A stretch of 64,000 nt of DNA, taken from assembly GCA_016792805.1 (NCBI GenBank), contig JAEUHX010000037.1, positions 4,327 to 68,326 on the forward strand. Direction: 5' to 3'. Positions 29,237 to 39,700 of this stretch are shown one piece after another. The notes under the pieces were generated by a model, which worked only from the letters and a program-made list of their open reading frames with translations, did not search any database and was not told where the DNA came from. Both the position numbers and the translations under genes were made by a program. Every line of letters begins with the position of its first letter. Within the stretch, counting starts at the first letter, position 1. This stretch comes from Planctomycetota bacterium (lineage in GTDB: Bacteria; Planctomycetota; UBA1135; JACQFD01).

Positions 29237-29341
29237 TGCTTCGGTCATCACACCCCGAATCTCAGACTAACTCAGCCATGAGCGAGGCGGGCTGACGATC
29301 GCATCCAACGGTCCTCGAAGCCTGTCAGTTAATATGCTGCA

Positions 29342-31120
29342 GTGAACGCAAGCGATCGAATTAGGCCCTTCGTGGATGATATTCGCGCAGTGGTATCGCA
29401 AGTAAGTACTCGAAGTACGGTTGAGCGCTGCGCGCTCTGCCACCTGCAGCGGGCGAACTCTACCTACGGATCGACACTGCTGCATTCCCACGCTAGGCAG
29501 CTTTCATTTCTGCTCGGACTACTGCTAGAGACACCCGACCGTGGGCAGTCGGCGCTGATTTCAGATGCTCAATGGAGTCGGCTGGTTGACTCCCTGAACG
29601 GCGCTTTTAGTGCCTACCAACAGTTCTTTTACCCGCAAGGCGCAGCCGACTCCTCATCTCCGAATTCCTCGTGGTATCGAGTTCGCAGGGTCGCAATGCC
29701 TGCACTTCTTCACTACGTCGGAAGCGATGTCATTGCAACGGCCGACCAGATTCAAGCGCGCATCCAGGCCTACGTAGCACCGTTCGACCTAGATCTAGTC
29801 TCAATCTGTGGGGTGTCAGCAACCGACTCACTTCGCGTCTGCCGATGGATTTCTGACAACTTGCAAGCAGCTATCGATCTCGATCAGATCCTGACTGCGA
29901 GTACACATGATTACTCGATCGATAGTGCGAGGCCCAATGACCGACCAGAGAACCGCGCAGCAAGGAACTGCGTGGTGTATCTGAAGGACATACGAGCTGC
30001 GTTTCCTAAAATCGCCGATGCCTATTGGTCGGCGTACACAATTGCTCGCGGAGCAGGACCGCCACTCTCATTCCCAACGGAGTCGACGGTGTTCGACGAG
30101 AAGCCACTGATCCTGAGGGATTCGACATCAGCCTGGTGCCCATCTGCGAATGCTCTATTTTGGTCGCTCCTCAGCGCCTGCGAGAGACGATTGATTGAGT
30201 CCAATATCAAGACGCGCTTCCTGCGACACCGGGACCAGACGCTCGAGCGAGAAGCTTTCGACCTGTTCCGCAGGTTCTTCAAGGAGAAGGCAAGGATCTA
30301 CAGCGGGCTCTTTGAGACTCCAACGCAACAGTTCGAACACGATGTCGTCATTATTGTTGGTGATCGTTGTCTGATCGTGGAAGCGAAAGCGTCCGAGCCA
30401 GTTGAGCCGTTCCGGGATCCCGAGAGGGCTTTCACAAGGCTAAGAGATGCATTCAGGTCCGAGAAGGGGATTCAGGGCGCATTCAAACAAGCTAACCGGC
30501 TAGTTCGCCGCCTCAGAACTGAGGAGAAAGTTGAACTCTTTGACGAACGCGGGAACGTAGTTGTTCGAACTGGCGCGAAAGAGCTTCGCGCCGCCTATGC
30601 GGTATGCATCACGAGAGATGATCATGGTCCCCTTGCAATCAACCTAGATCTTCTCCTCGAGAAGGAGCCCGCGGATACCTACCCATGGGTGATCAACTCG
30701 CTCGACCTGGCAACGATATGCGACTGCAGGGAGTACTGGAGCCGCCCTCCTGAAATGCTATTTGAGTACCTTGATGAGAGACTGCTCCTCCACGGTAAGG
30801 CGTTCGCGGTCGATGAGCTCGATATTATGGCTTTTTGGCTTTGGCACGGTTCGCTACGCTCGATTCTGAATGCGTCAGAAGACATAATCGCTGTTAACCC
30901 TCATTATTCTGACTTAATTGATAAGATGTACTTGGCGCGCCTCCGTGGAGGACCTCGCGTCGAACTCAGATCAGCTGCTCCAGTACCCGAGGATGAGCGA
31001 GGGTCCATGGCTTCGGGTGAAGATCCGCCTCACGCTGCAAAGAGGTTGGGGTCTAGTCGAAACAAGCCGTGCCCATGTGGGTCTGGGAAGAAATTCAAGA
31101 ATTGCCACGGAGTCGCATAA
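29342..31120 (+). CDS. PD-(D/E)XK nuclease-like protein with C-terminal SEC-C motif
   Basis: EHDVVIIVGDRCLIVEAKAS nuclease motif; RNKPCPCGSGKKFKNCHG SEC-C; visibly lower GC than flanks. Confidence 0.75.
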   Translation: MNASDRIRPFVDDIRAVVSQVSTRSTVERCALCHLQRANSTYGSTLLHSHARQLSFLLGLLLETPDRGQSALISDAQWSRLVDSLNGAFSAYQQFFYPQGAADSSSPNSSWYRVRRVAMPALLHYVGSDVIATADQIQARIQAYVAPFDLDLVSICGVSATDSLRVCRWISDNLQAAIDLDQILTASTHDYSIDSARPNDRPENRAARNCVVYLKDIRAAFPKIADAYWSAYTIARGAGPPLSFPTESTVFDEKPLILRDSTSAWCPSANALFWSLLSACERRLIESNIKTRFLRHRDQTLEREAFDLFRRFFKEKARIYSGLFETPTQQFEHDVVIIVGDRCLIVEAKASEPVEPFRDPERAFTRLRDAFRSEKGIQGAFKQANRLVRRLRTEEKVELFDERGNVVVRTGAKELRAAYAVCITRDDHGPLAINLDLLLEKEPADTYPWVINSLDLATICDCREYWSRPPEMLFEYLDERLLLHGKAFAVDELDIMAFWLWHGSLRSILNASEDIIAVNPHYSDLIDKMYLARLRGGPRVELRSAAPVPEDERGSMASGEDPPHAAKRLGSSRNKPCPCGSGKKFKNCHGVA

Positions 31121-31260
31121 AGTTGAGAACTTCTCATCCTTCGGGCTACTAGGCACAGCTGCCTAGTCTTGTTCAGAGATTTACTGTCCCAGGCTCGTTA
31201 TTCATCTGGATCTCACCCAAGAAAACTCTGGCGCTGCGCTAGGAGTATCAATGATCAACT

Positions 31261-31803
31261 CTATTCGACCACGGCAGCTACCACACTCTCCCAGTCTCTC
31301 GGGACAACCGCATGAGTTGCGCTGAGACCACGAACAATCAAGATACTTGTAAGCATCGCAACTGCGGAGATAAATTCGCTTCGGGCTGATATATTGACAG
31401 CGCCATGTCGTACGCCTTGTGCAGCGTGCAGCCCCCTGCAACAATCTCGGACCTCACTTGCATTAAAAGAGAATTCGGAATGCGAGTGCGCAGCATAATT
31501 GCGAATATCATTTATAATTCGAAGATCGGAGTAATCACAAGCCGAAATGTGCCCCATCAGGAATGCCAGTCGAGAGAGATGGGAGAACTTCGACACTCGT
31601 ACGAGTTCATCAAACTCTTTCTTGTTCGCCACCATTGACTTTCTCAACATAAATTGTAGTGTCTGTTCTAGGAATGCTGCCGCAACGATCGGGACACCTC
31701 GATCTGCCTGCTTCTGAAGTTCCTCCAAAAACCGACCCGAGTCCTCGGCGATCAAGTCGGACGGCTTCGGACGAATGCTCTTCCGCAGGGGATTTTTGCG
31801 CAT
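31261..31803 (-). CDS. MtlR-like/HEPN-fold protein
   Basis: DRGVPIVAAAFLEQTL...FSHLSRLAFLMGHI...IRNYAAH (RxxxxH). Start at ATG 31803. Lower GC. Confidence 0.7.
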   Translation of the reverse strand: MRKNPLRKSIRPKPSDLIAEDSGRFLEELQKQADRGVPIVAAAFLEQTLQFMLRKSMVANKKEFDELVRVSKFSHLSRLAFLMGHISACDYSDLRIINDIRNYAAHSHSEFSFNASEVRDCCRGLHAAQGVRHGAVNISARSEFISAVAMLTSILIVRGLSATHAVVPRDWESVVAAVVE

Positions 31804-31922
31804 GAAACGCAGTCTAATGAATGCTGCGGTTGAAACAACCTGAAGGAAGCAGAAAAGTCGCCTTCTGATCAGGATTTCGATTCTCTCAACCAGTGAAACA
31901 ATTGGTACTCGAACCAATCGAG

Positions 31923-32897
31923 CTACAACCAGTCGCCGAGCTGCTCGCGCGCTTCGCGCCAGATCTGTGTAAAGAGCGCCTGCGTGTCGAGCTCGGGGTC
32001 GCGGCGGCGGGCGGCACAGACGCGGTGGCGCGCGGCCCAGGCCTGCACCATCGCCGTCCGGTGGATGCCGAAAACACGCAGCGGCGCTCGCAGCAGATTT
32101 TGGCAGAGCGCCTGGGTCCACCAGAGGCGCCCGAAGGTGTTCTTCCAGACACACAAATAGTTATTGCGCACGCGCGTGACTTTCACGGAACGTTTCTTGA
32201 GCTTCGTGCCGATGACCCCTTCGTGCTCGTGGAAGACGAGGGAGCGCGGATCGACGACGGAGCGCCACCCGTGGCGCCACGCGCACCAGCCGAGGTCGGC
32301 GTCCTCGTAATAGTACGGAGCGTACAGCTCATCGAAGCCGCCGAGCGCCAGGAACCGGTCGCGGCGGAACATCACATTTCCGCCGTTGCCGTAAAGCGTC
32401 ACGACCGGCTTTCCGCCGGTGCGAGCGAGGTACTCGGCCGCCGGAGCAAACTTCGGGTGGTCATAACGAATGCGCCCGCGCCGCAGGCTCGGCAGGAAGA
32501 CGCCACGCCCCCCTTCCCCTTTGCCGCCGTCGGCGATCCAGGCAGCAGCCGAGAAAAGCCTCTCATCGGAAAAGTGCTCTTCCAGCGGGCTGAGGAACTC
32601 CGGCTGCGGACGCACGTCGGAATTTAATAATGCGACAAGCTCCCCGCGCGCCTCCTCCACGCCGTGGCTCGCTGCCCTCCCGAAGCCGCCGTTCTCCAGC
32701 CGCGCTACGACGCGCAGCGCCGCGCCGAATCGCTCCCGGAGGAAGTTCACCGATCCGTCTTGGCTCGCGTCATCGACCACCACCACTTCGGCGGAGCCGT
32801 GCTGCTCCGACGCGGCGAGCCACGTCGGCACATTGCGCTCGAGGAGCTCGCGTCCGTTCCAATTGGGAACGACGAGGCTGACACGCGGAGAAGCCAC
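31923..32897 (-). CDS. Glycosyltransferase family 2
   Basis: SLVVPNWNG, VVDDASQDGS, LLNSD and GGFDELYAPYYYEDADL. Confidence 0.92.
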   Translation of the reverse strand: MASPRVSLVVPNWNGRELLERNVPTWLAASEQHGSAEVVVVDDASQDGSVNFLRERFGAALRVVARLENGGFGRAASHGVEEARGELVALLNSDVRPQPEFLSPLEEHFSDERLFSAAAWIADGGKGEGGRGVFLPSLRRGRIRYDHPKFAPAAEYLARTGGKPVVTLYGNGGNVMFRRDRFLALGGFDELYAPYYYEDADLGWCAWRHGWRSVVDPRSLVFHEHEGVIGTKLKKRSVKVTRVRNNYLCVWKNTFGRLWWTQALCQNLLRAPLRVFGIHRTAMVQAWAARHRVCAARRRDPELDTQALFTQIWREAREQLGDWL

Positions 32898-32936
32898 AGA
32901 AAGACTCGGACTGCGAAGGCGCGCAGACTGTGCGGC

Positions 32937-34160
32937 TCAGTTCCGCGCCGCCTGGAGCTCCGCTGCGCGCCGCTCCACCGCCTCGAGCACGCGCAGCGCA
33001 TTGCCGCCGACGATCTTCTCGAGGTCGGCCTCCGAATGGCCGCGACGCAATAATTCAGCCACCAGCTCGGGATATTGCGACACATCCTTGAGCCGCACGG
33101 GCAAGCTGTCACCGACGCCGTCGAAATCGGAGCCGAACCCGACGGCCTCCACTCCCGCCAGCGCGATCACATGCTCCACGTGATCGGCCACATCGCGCAC
33201 GTCGGCGAATCCCGGCGAGTGCGATGCCAAATATCGGCGCGCGTACTCCCGCGCCTGCGGCTCATCGCCGCGAAGCCCCTTTTCCTTCTGCCATTGCTCG
33301 AGATGTGCGTAGGCCACTTCGCTTCGCTTGCGCACGTCTTCGCGGATGAACGCCGACCCGAAATTGATCATCACGATTCCGCCCTTGGCAGCGATGGCGC
33401 GGATCTGGTCGTCGGTGACATTGCGCTCCCACTCCGGAGTGAACTTTCGGCAGCTCGAATGTGACGCGAAGACGGGCGCCTTCGACACCGCGAGCACGTC
33501 GCGGATTGAATCATCGTTCAGATGCGACACATCCACGAGGATGCCGAGCCGGTTCATCCGCTCAACCACCTGCTTTCCGAATCCGCTCAGACCACCGTGG
33601 GTGTGGCGCTGATCGTAGGAGGAATCGCAGAGATGGTTGTCCTTGCCGTGGCAGAGCGTGATGTAACGAATTCCGCGGCGGAAGAAATGGTCGACATTGG
33701 TAAGCTCTCCCTGCACCGGGCTTCCGTTCTCCATGCCGAGGAGGAAGGCAATTTTCCCAGTCCCCGCGATGCGGCGCACGTCGGCCGCGGTCCGCGCCAG
33801 CTCGAATTTGCTCGGGTGCTCGCGGGCGATGCGCTCCACGTCATCGATCAGCTTGTTCGCGAGCGCGTAGCTCTCCCCTTTCTCCTCCAGCTCGGCCGGA
33901 GTGTAAATACTCATAAAAGGCGCGTCGAGCCCGCCCTCCTTCGCCCGCGGATAATCGAAATCGCCCCCTTCGGTGCGAATGCCCACATCCTCCCACTTTT
34001 CCTGCAGCCGGTAGGGCACGTCGATGTGCCCATCGACGACGATGGCGCGCTGCGTCAGCGCGCGGGCCCGCTCGAGCTGCTCCGCCGACGGACGCGGAGC
34101 GCCGCAGGCCGCCAGCAGGAAACCAAGCGGCGCCCACGCCGCGAGTCGATCGATGCGCAT
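32937..34160 (-). CDS. Membrane dipeptidase (peptidase M19) lipoprotein
   Basis: LLAAC lipobox, DGHID, GMENG, VDVSH, ASHSS and GFGSDFDG. Confidence 0.92.
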   Translation of the reverse strand: MRIDRLAAWAPLGFLLAACGAPRPSAEQLERARALTQRAIVVDGHIDVPYRLQEKWEDVGIRTEGGDFDYPRAKEGGLDAPFMSIYTPAELEEKGESYALANKLIDDVERIAREHPSKFELARTAADVRRIAGTGKIAFLLGMENGSPVQGELTNVDHFFRRGIRYITLCHGKDNHLCDSSYDQRHTHGGLSGFGKQVVERMNRLGILVDVSHLNDDSIRDVLAVSKAPVFASHSSCRKFTPEWERNVTDDQIRAIAAKGGIVMINFGSAFIREDVRKRSEVAYAHLEQWQKEKGLRGDEPQAREYARRYLASHSPGFADVRDVADHVEHVIALAGVEAVGFGSDFDGVGDSLPVRLKDVSQYPELVAELLRRGHSEADLEKIVGGNALRVLEAVERRAAELQAARN

Positions 34161-34185
34161 GGGCGGCACCTTACCAACCGCGCCT

Positions 34186-35172
34186 TCAGAGCCACCCTTC
34201 CTTGCGATACCACGCCACGGCGCTAGCGAATCCCTCTTCGAGCGCGATGGAGGGCGCGTAGCCGAAGGCGGCGCGCGCGCGGTCGCCCGAGCAGGCCCAC
34301 CCCGGCTGCGCTGCTTCTGTGAGTTTGTCGCGGCTCACAATGGTGGTCTTTCGGAGCGCGCTCGCCGCGCTCTCCAGCGCGAGCGCGACCGGCCACGCGA
34401 GCCAAGCCGGCACCGGCGGCATGCGCGGCTGCCGTCCCACGGCGCGTCCCGCGAGCGCGATCACTTCGCCGAAGCTCGCATCCTGGGGCCCCGGCAGGAA
34501 GTAAGACCCTTCCAGATCGGCGCGGGCGACGGCGCCAGCGAGCCCGCGTGCGAGATCGCGGACGTGCACGAGCGAGAAGCGTTTCTCGAGCGCGGCGCGA
34601 CCGCCGACGAGCGGCACAAGCCCGCGCGCCACCTGCTGAAAGACCACAAAAAAGTCGCGGTCGCCCTCGCCATAGACGATGGGCGGCCGCAGGATCGCGA
34701 GCCGCACGCCGCGCGCGGCGAGAACCTCCGAGGCGACGCGCTCACCGCCGAGCTTGCTGCGGCCATAGGCCGACACGGGCGCCGGCGGATCCTCTTCCGT
34801 GCGCGGGCGATCCGGTCCCGACGGCCCGGCTGCTGCCAGGGACGACACCAACAAGAAGCGCCCCACGCCAGCATTCACGGCCGCCTGCGCGAGCTGTCGC
34901 GTGCCCTCGACGTTGACGCGCTCGAATTCCGCCGCCCGCCATGTCTTCGTGAGACCGGCGACGTGCAGCACCGCGTCGACGCCGACGCACCCCCGCGCCA
35001 GCGCGGGCGCGTCGAACAGGTCGCCCTCTACGAGCTCCGCACCGGCAGCACTCCACCTCTGCGCCTTCCTCCGATCACGAACCAAGAGCCGCAGCTCCAA
35101 CCCAAGCCGGCACAGCTCGGGCACGAGCTGGCCGCCGACGAATCCGGTCGCGCCGGTCACGAGCACGCGCAT
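34186..35172 (-). CDS. NAD-dependent epimerase/dehydratase family, ceramide reductase (CerR)-like
   Basis: VTGATGFVG, HVAGLTK, VSSLAA, YGRSK catalytic motif and RPPIVYGEGDR. Start at ATG 35172. Divergent from the Spt-like gene. Confidence 0.85.
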   Translation of the reverse strand: MRVLVTGATGFVGGQLVPELCRLGLELRLLVRDRRKAQRWSAAGAELVEGDLFDAPALARGCVGVDAVLHVAGLTKTWRAAEFERVNVEGTRQLAQAAVNAGVGRFLLVSSLAAAGPSGPDRPRTEEDPPAPVSAYGRSKLGGERVASEVLAARGVRLAILRPPIVYGEGDRDFFVVFQQVARGLVPLVGGRAALEKRFSLVHVRDLARGLAGAVARADLEGSYFLPGPQDASFGEVIALAGRAVGRQPRMPPVPAWLAWPVALALESAASALRKTTIVSRDKLTEAAQPGWACSGDRARAAFGYAPSIALEEGFASAVAWYRKEGWL

Positions 35173-35411
35173 GGGCGCGAGGTTCACCGCGGCGCGTCCG
35201 CGAAGCAACGCCGGAAACGCCGCCCAAGGCGCGAGCGCTTGTGGAGGGCATGCCCGACAGCCACGAGCGTTTGACATCGTCCGGCGCTCCCCCTACCGTC
35301 GGTTTTCAAAATCTCGTGGCCGCGAGCCCCAGCGCGTTTGCAGCGTGCTTTCGCTGCGACCTCGAGAATCGTTCGGGCCCCAACCAACCAGTGCCGACCG
35401 CAGGCAGATCC

Positions 35412-36635
35412 GTGGACCTTTTTGAGAAGTGCTACCGGTTCGAAGAACTCCACCAAGTTCAGGCAACCGGTCTGTATCCGTACTTCCGCGCGATCGCTGC
35501 AAGCGATGCCACGGAAGTCACCATTCAAGGCAAGCGCCTCGTGATGGTGGGCTCGAACAATTATCTCGGACTCACCAACCATCCTGAGGTCATCGAAGCG
35601 GCCGTCCATGCGGCGCGCAAATATGGCTCGGGTTGCACCGGCTCTCGATTTCTGAACGGCACCCTCGAACTCCACGAGGAGCTCGAGCGGCGCCTCGCAC
35701 AATTCCTGCGCCGCCCCGCCTGTCTCGCCTTCTCGACAGGATTCCAGGCCTGCCTCGGCGTGCTGAGCGCGATCGCCGGCAAAGATGACCTCATCTTTTG
35801 TGACCGCGACAACCACGCGTCGATTATTGACGGCACGCGGCTGTCGTTCGCAAAAACCATCAAATATCACCACAATGACATGGCCGACCTCGAGGAGAAG
35901 CTCTCGCTTGCTCCCGAGGACAAGGGCAAGCTCATCGTGGCCGACGGCGTCTTCTCGATGCTCGGCGATATTGTGAAGCTTCCGAAGATGTCAGAACTCG
36001 CGAAGCGCTTCGGTGCGCGGGTGCTGCTCGACGACGCCCATGCCTTCGGCGTCCTCGGAGCGCACGGCCGCGGCACGGCCGAGCATTTCGGCCTCGAGCG
36101 TGAGACCGACCTCGTGATGGGAACGTTCTCGAAGTCGCTCGCGTCGATCGGCGGATTCGCGGCAGGCGAGTTCGACGTGATCCAGTGGCTGAAGCACAAG
36201 TCGCGATCGTTGATCTTCAGTGCGTCGCTGCCGCCGGCGTCAACCGCTGGCGTGATCGCAGCTCTCGATATTATTGAGCGCGAGCCCCAACGCCGCACCG
36301 CCCTCTGGCGCAACGCCGAGAAAATGCGCCGCGGGCTCCAGTCGCTCGGCTTCGACACCGGCCTCTCGGAGACCCCCGTCGTCCCCGTCGTGCTGGGGGA
36401 TCGCGAGTTCACCTTCCGGTTCTGGCGTGCGCTTTTCGACCGGGGCGTGTTCACCAATCCGGTTTGCTCGCCGGCGGTGCCGGCAGGCTGCGATCTGCTG
36501 CGCACGAGCTACATGGCAACCCACACCGACGCGCAGCTCGACTTCGTGCTTGAGCAGTTCGCGGCGGTGTTGCGCGAGATGGGCCCAACGCCTCGCTCGC
36601 GCTCCGGCGGCGCGGCGATCGCAGCAACGCGGTAG
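35412..36635 (+). CDS. Alpha-oxoamine synthase, serine palmitoyltransferase-like
   Basis: LYPYFR, GSNNYLGL, GCTGSRFLNGT, NHASIIDG, DDAH, GTFSKS (PLP lysine) and IFSASLPP. Start placed at GTG 35412. Confidence 0.85.
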   Translation: MDLFEKCYRFEELHQVQATGLYPYFRAIAASDATEVTIQGKRLVMVGSNNYLGLTNHPEVIEAAVHAARKYGSGCTGSRFLNGTLELHEELERRLAQFLRRPACLAFSTGFQACLGVLSAIAGKDDLIFCDRDNHASIIDGTRLSFAKTIKYHHNDMADLEEKLSLAPEDKGKLIVADGVFSMLGDIVKLPKMSELAKRFGARVLLDDAHAFGVLGAHGRGTAEHFGLERETDLVMGTFSKSLASIGGFAAGEFDVIQWLKHKSRSLIFSASLPPASTAGVIAALDIIEREPQRRTALWRNAEKMRRGLQSLGFDTGLSETPVVPVVLGDREFTFRFWRALFDRGVFTNPVCSPAVPAGCDLLRTSYMATHTDAQLDFVLEQFAAVLREMGPTPRSRSGGAAIAATR

Positions 36636-36655
36636 CTCCGATCGCGCTGCATGAG

Positions 36656-36694
36656 GAGCGCGTGCCGCGCAACGGCTACGCGCTCTTTTTGTTT
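36656..36694 (+). terminator. Rho-independent terminator
   Basis: GAGCGCGTGCCG...CGGCTACGCGCTC hairpin followed by TTTTTGTTT after the Spt-like gene. Confidence 0.75.
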
Positions 36695-36766
36695 CATCAA
36701 GGAGCGACCCGCGCGCTCCGTCTCCGTCATATCTAGAAATCGCAAACCTCTGACCACGAACGAGCC

Positions 36767-39700
36767 GTGCCCGGATCCCAGGGACAGAATCCTTCCCCTT
36801 CGAGCCAGCGCATCGGCGGAGTCGAGCGCGTGGGCGACCCGACTCCCCATCCGCTCGGCAGCCGCTGCCCGGGCATCTTGGTGGCGAGCGGCGACAAGCT
36901 GCTGATCGATGAGTGGTGCGCGAAGAGCCTTCGCCCGGGAAAGTCGCTGGCCGATTTGAAAAGCGCCCTCGAGGCGCGCACGAAGCCCAATGTTCCCGGA
37001 ACGGCGCCCTGCCGCGAAATTATCGAAGTCACCGGCGCCCACTGGGTAGTCCGCGACGCGCCGCGGGCGCAGATCCGATCGACGCGCCTCTCGTTCGCAC
37101 ACGTGCAATCGGTCGAGAATGCCGCCCGAGTCGCGCGCGCCGTGGCCGAGCTCCACGCGGCCGGCCGGGTCCATGGCAACATTTCGCCCGAAACCGTGTC
37201 GCTCGAAGGTCCCGTCTTTCTGTGGGAAGCGGCTCTCGATGCGCTCACGGAGGAGTTCGCCGAGGCGAGCGAGGATGCCCGCTGGTTCCCGGGGAAGGCG
37301 CCCGAGCTCTGGAGCGGCGGCCCCGGCGCCGCCACCCAGCGCGGAGACGTCTACAGCCTTGCAGCTCTGCTGGCGGCCGCGGTGCTGGGCAACGACCTCT
37401 TCGGCGAGATGGCCGATTTTGTTGCTTTCGGCTGGCAAGACTGGGCCGAGCAGCCCGAGTCGAAGCTGCCGGGCATCGATTTATTGCGTCAGACCCTCGG
37501 CGACAACGACCTCGTGCGCGTGTGGCTTGCCGCACTCGAGAAAGACCCGGGGCGCCGTTCGACGTCCGCCGGGGAGTTCGCCGAGGCGCTCGAGCAGTTT
37601 GCCCGGCAGTCCCGCGCCCAGGTTGCGCCGCCTCCTCCCGTTCAGACGGCGCCGCCCCCGACACCCGCCTCCCAGCCCTCGGTTCTCGACGACCCGACGC
37701 TCGACCCCGAGGAACTCCAGGGAAAATTGGTGGCCGGCTACCGCGTCGAGAAACTCCTCGGACGGGGCGGCATGGGGCTTGTGTATGAAGCGGAGCAGAT
37801 GAAGCTCGAGCGCCGCGTTGCGCTCAAGGTGCTCCTGCCCGACCTCGTCAAGCGGCGCGACCTCGTCGAGCGATTCCAGAAGGAGGCGCGCACCGTCGGA
37901 AAGTTCAATCATCGCAATATTGCGGTCGTCTACGACGTCGGCAGCGTCGGTAAGGTTCACTATATCGCGATGGAGCTCGTCGACGGCGTGAGCCTCGACC
38001 GCGTGATCCAAGATCGCGTCGACCAGCTTCAGCTCGGAGAGAAAGCGAGCGCCGTCCCGAAGCACTCCTCACTGCTTCCCTTCCGGACGCACTATGTGCG
38101 CTCGTGCATCGAGACGATCGCGTCGATTGCCGATGCTCTCCACGAGGCTCACCGGCGCGGGCTGATCCACCGCGACGTGAAGCCACAGAACATTTTGGTA
38201 AATTCTGAGGGCGTGCCGAAACTGTTGGATTTCGGCCTTGTGCGCGAAGATCAGGGCGAGACGCTGATGTCGTCCGCCGGCTTCGTCGGCACATTTGTGT
38301 ATTCGGCGCCGGAACAGGTGGTGTCGAAGTCGAATGTCGACCGCCGCTCCGATATCTATTCGCTCGGAGCGACGCTCTATGAGCTGCTCACACTGAAGCG
38401 CCCCTTCGAAGGCACGAGCGAGAAGGTCTTCGAGAAGCTGCAGAAAGACGCGCCGCCGCCGATGCGCACGCTCAACGCATCCATTCCGCCCGAGCTCGAC
38501 GCGCTGGTTCTGAAGGCGCTCGCGCGCGAGCGCGACGGACGTTACAGCAATGCGGAGCACTTCGCGGTGGCGCTGCGCGATTACGTCCGCGAGACGCCGG
38601 AAGATGAGCTCGAGCGCGCGGCGCCGACGGGTGCCGGCGGCGATCCGGCGGCGACGTCGCCTCCGACGGCGTTACGCAAGACTGCGGCCCCGTCCACGGC
38701 GAAGCCCGCGTCCTCGACCTCCGGCGCACTCATCCGCCTCGAGCTGCCGGCCCGCTGGCCCAAGCGCGTGGCGTCGAGAATCTTGAACTTGCGCGGAGTC
38801 ATCGAGAATTGCCCTGCGTCAGCACGGGACGTTCTTGTGATGGTCGGTGCCGAGCGGCCGGTCCTCGCAGGGATTCAGGAAGGCAAGCGAGTCGACGTGT
38901 CGATCGAGCTGAGCGAAGGGAGCAATGAGCTCTCCTTTGCCCTCGTCGACGGATCGCGACGCCAGCTCACACGACCCGAAGTCGTTGACTCCACGGGGAC
39001 GCCGATCCACGACGACGGCGGACTCATTACACTTCTCGTCGAGCGATCGAAAGCACCGAGCGCTCCGCCGGCACGGGAGCCAGAGCCGGCCATGACGTCC
39101 CCGCGGCCGCAGCCCGGTTCGGCTCGCCCGCGCCGAGAAGAGAAGGCGGGCCCATCTCCGGCGCTCTGGGGCGGATTGTTGATTGTGGGAATTCTCGGAG
39201 CCGGGTTAGGCGGCGCCTTTGCCTTGAAGCTCCCCCCGTTCTCGGAGTCAGAGCAGCAAATTCGAAACGGAGGCGCCAAGCCCGAAGACGGTGGATCCAG
39301 CAGCGGAACTGTGCAGCGAACAGAACCGGGCGCAGGCGCAACAAATCCCGGCCCCAACCCGGCAGGGACCGCGGGAACCGGGACCGCCACCCCGCCCGCC
39401 GACCCCGAAGAAGCAGCTCTGAAAGAGAAGATCCGGTCTGTGGACCAGCTTCTATCGGAAGCGGCCGCCAGCGGTGATCCCTTACAGAAGCTCGAGCCGG
39501 CGTCCGCTGAGCTGCACGATCTCCTCACGACTCGAAGCTACACAAAGCTCGCACGAGTGCTTTCAACGGATGAACAGAAAGCACGCTGGACCTCACTTTT
39601 CGAAGGCGTGCGCAAACTCACGGGGCGAAGCGACCTCAAGGACGCCGATCGAGCGCGCTTGCTGCCAGTGATCGAGCGCCTTCGCAAGGCCGCCGGAGGA

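Noticed and set aside
29342-31120. SecA call for the SEC-C-containing protein
   Set aside because: Only the C-terminal zinc motif is shared; no SecA helicase motifs are present.
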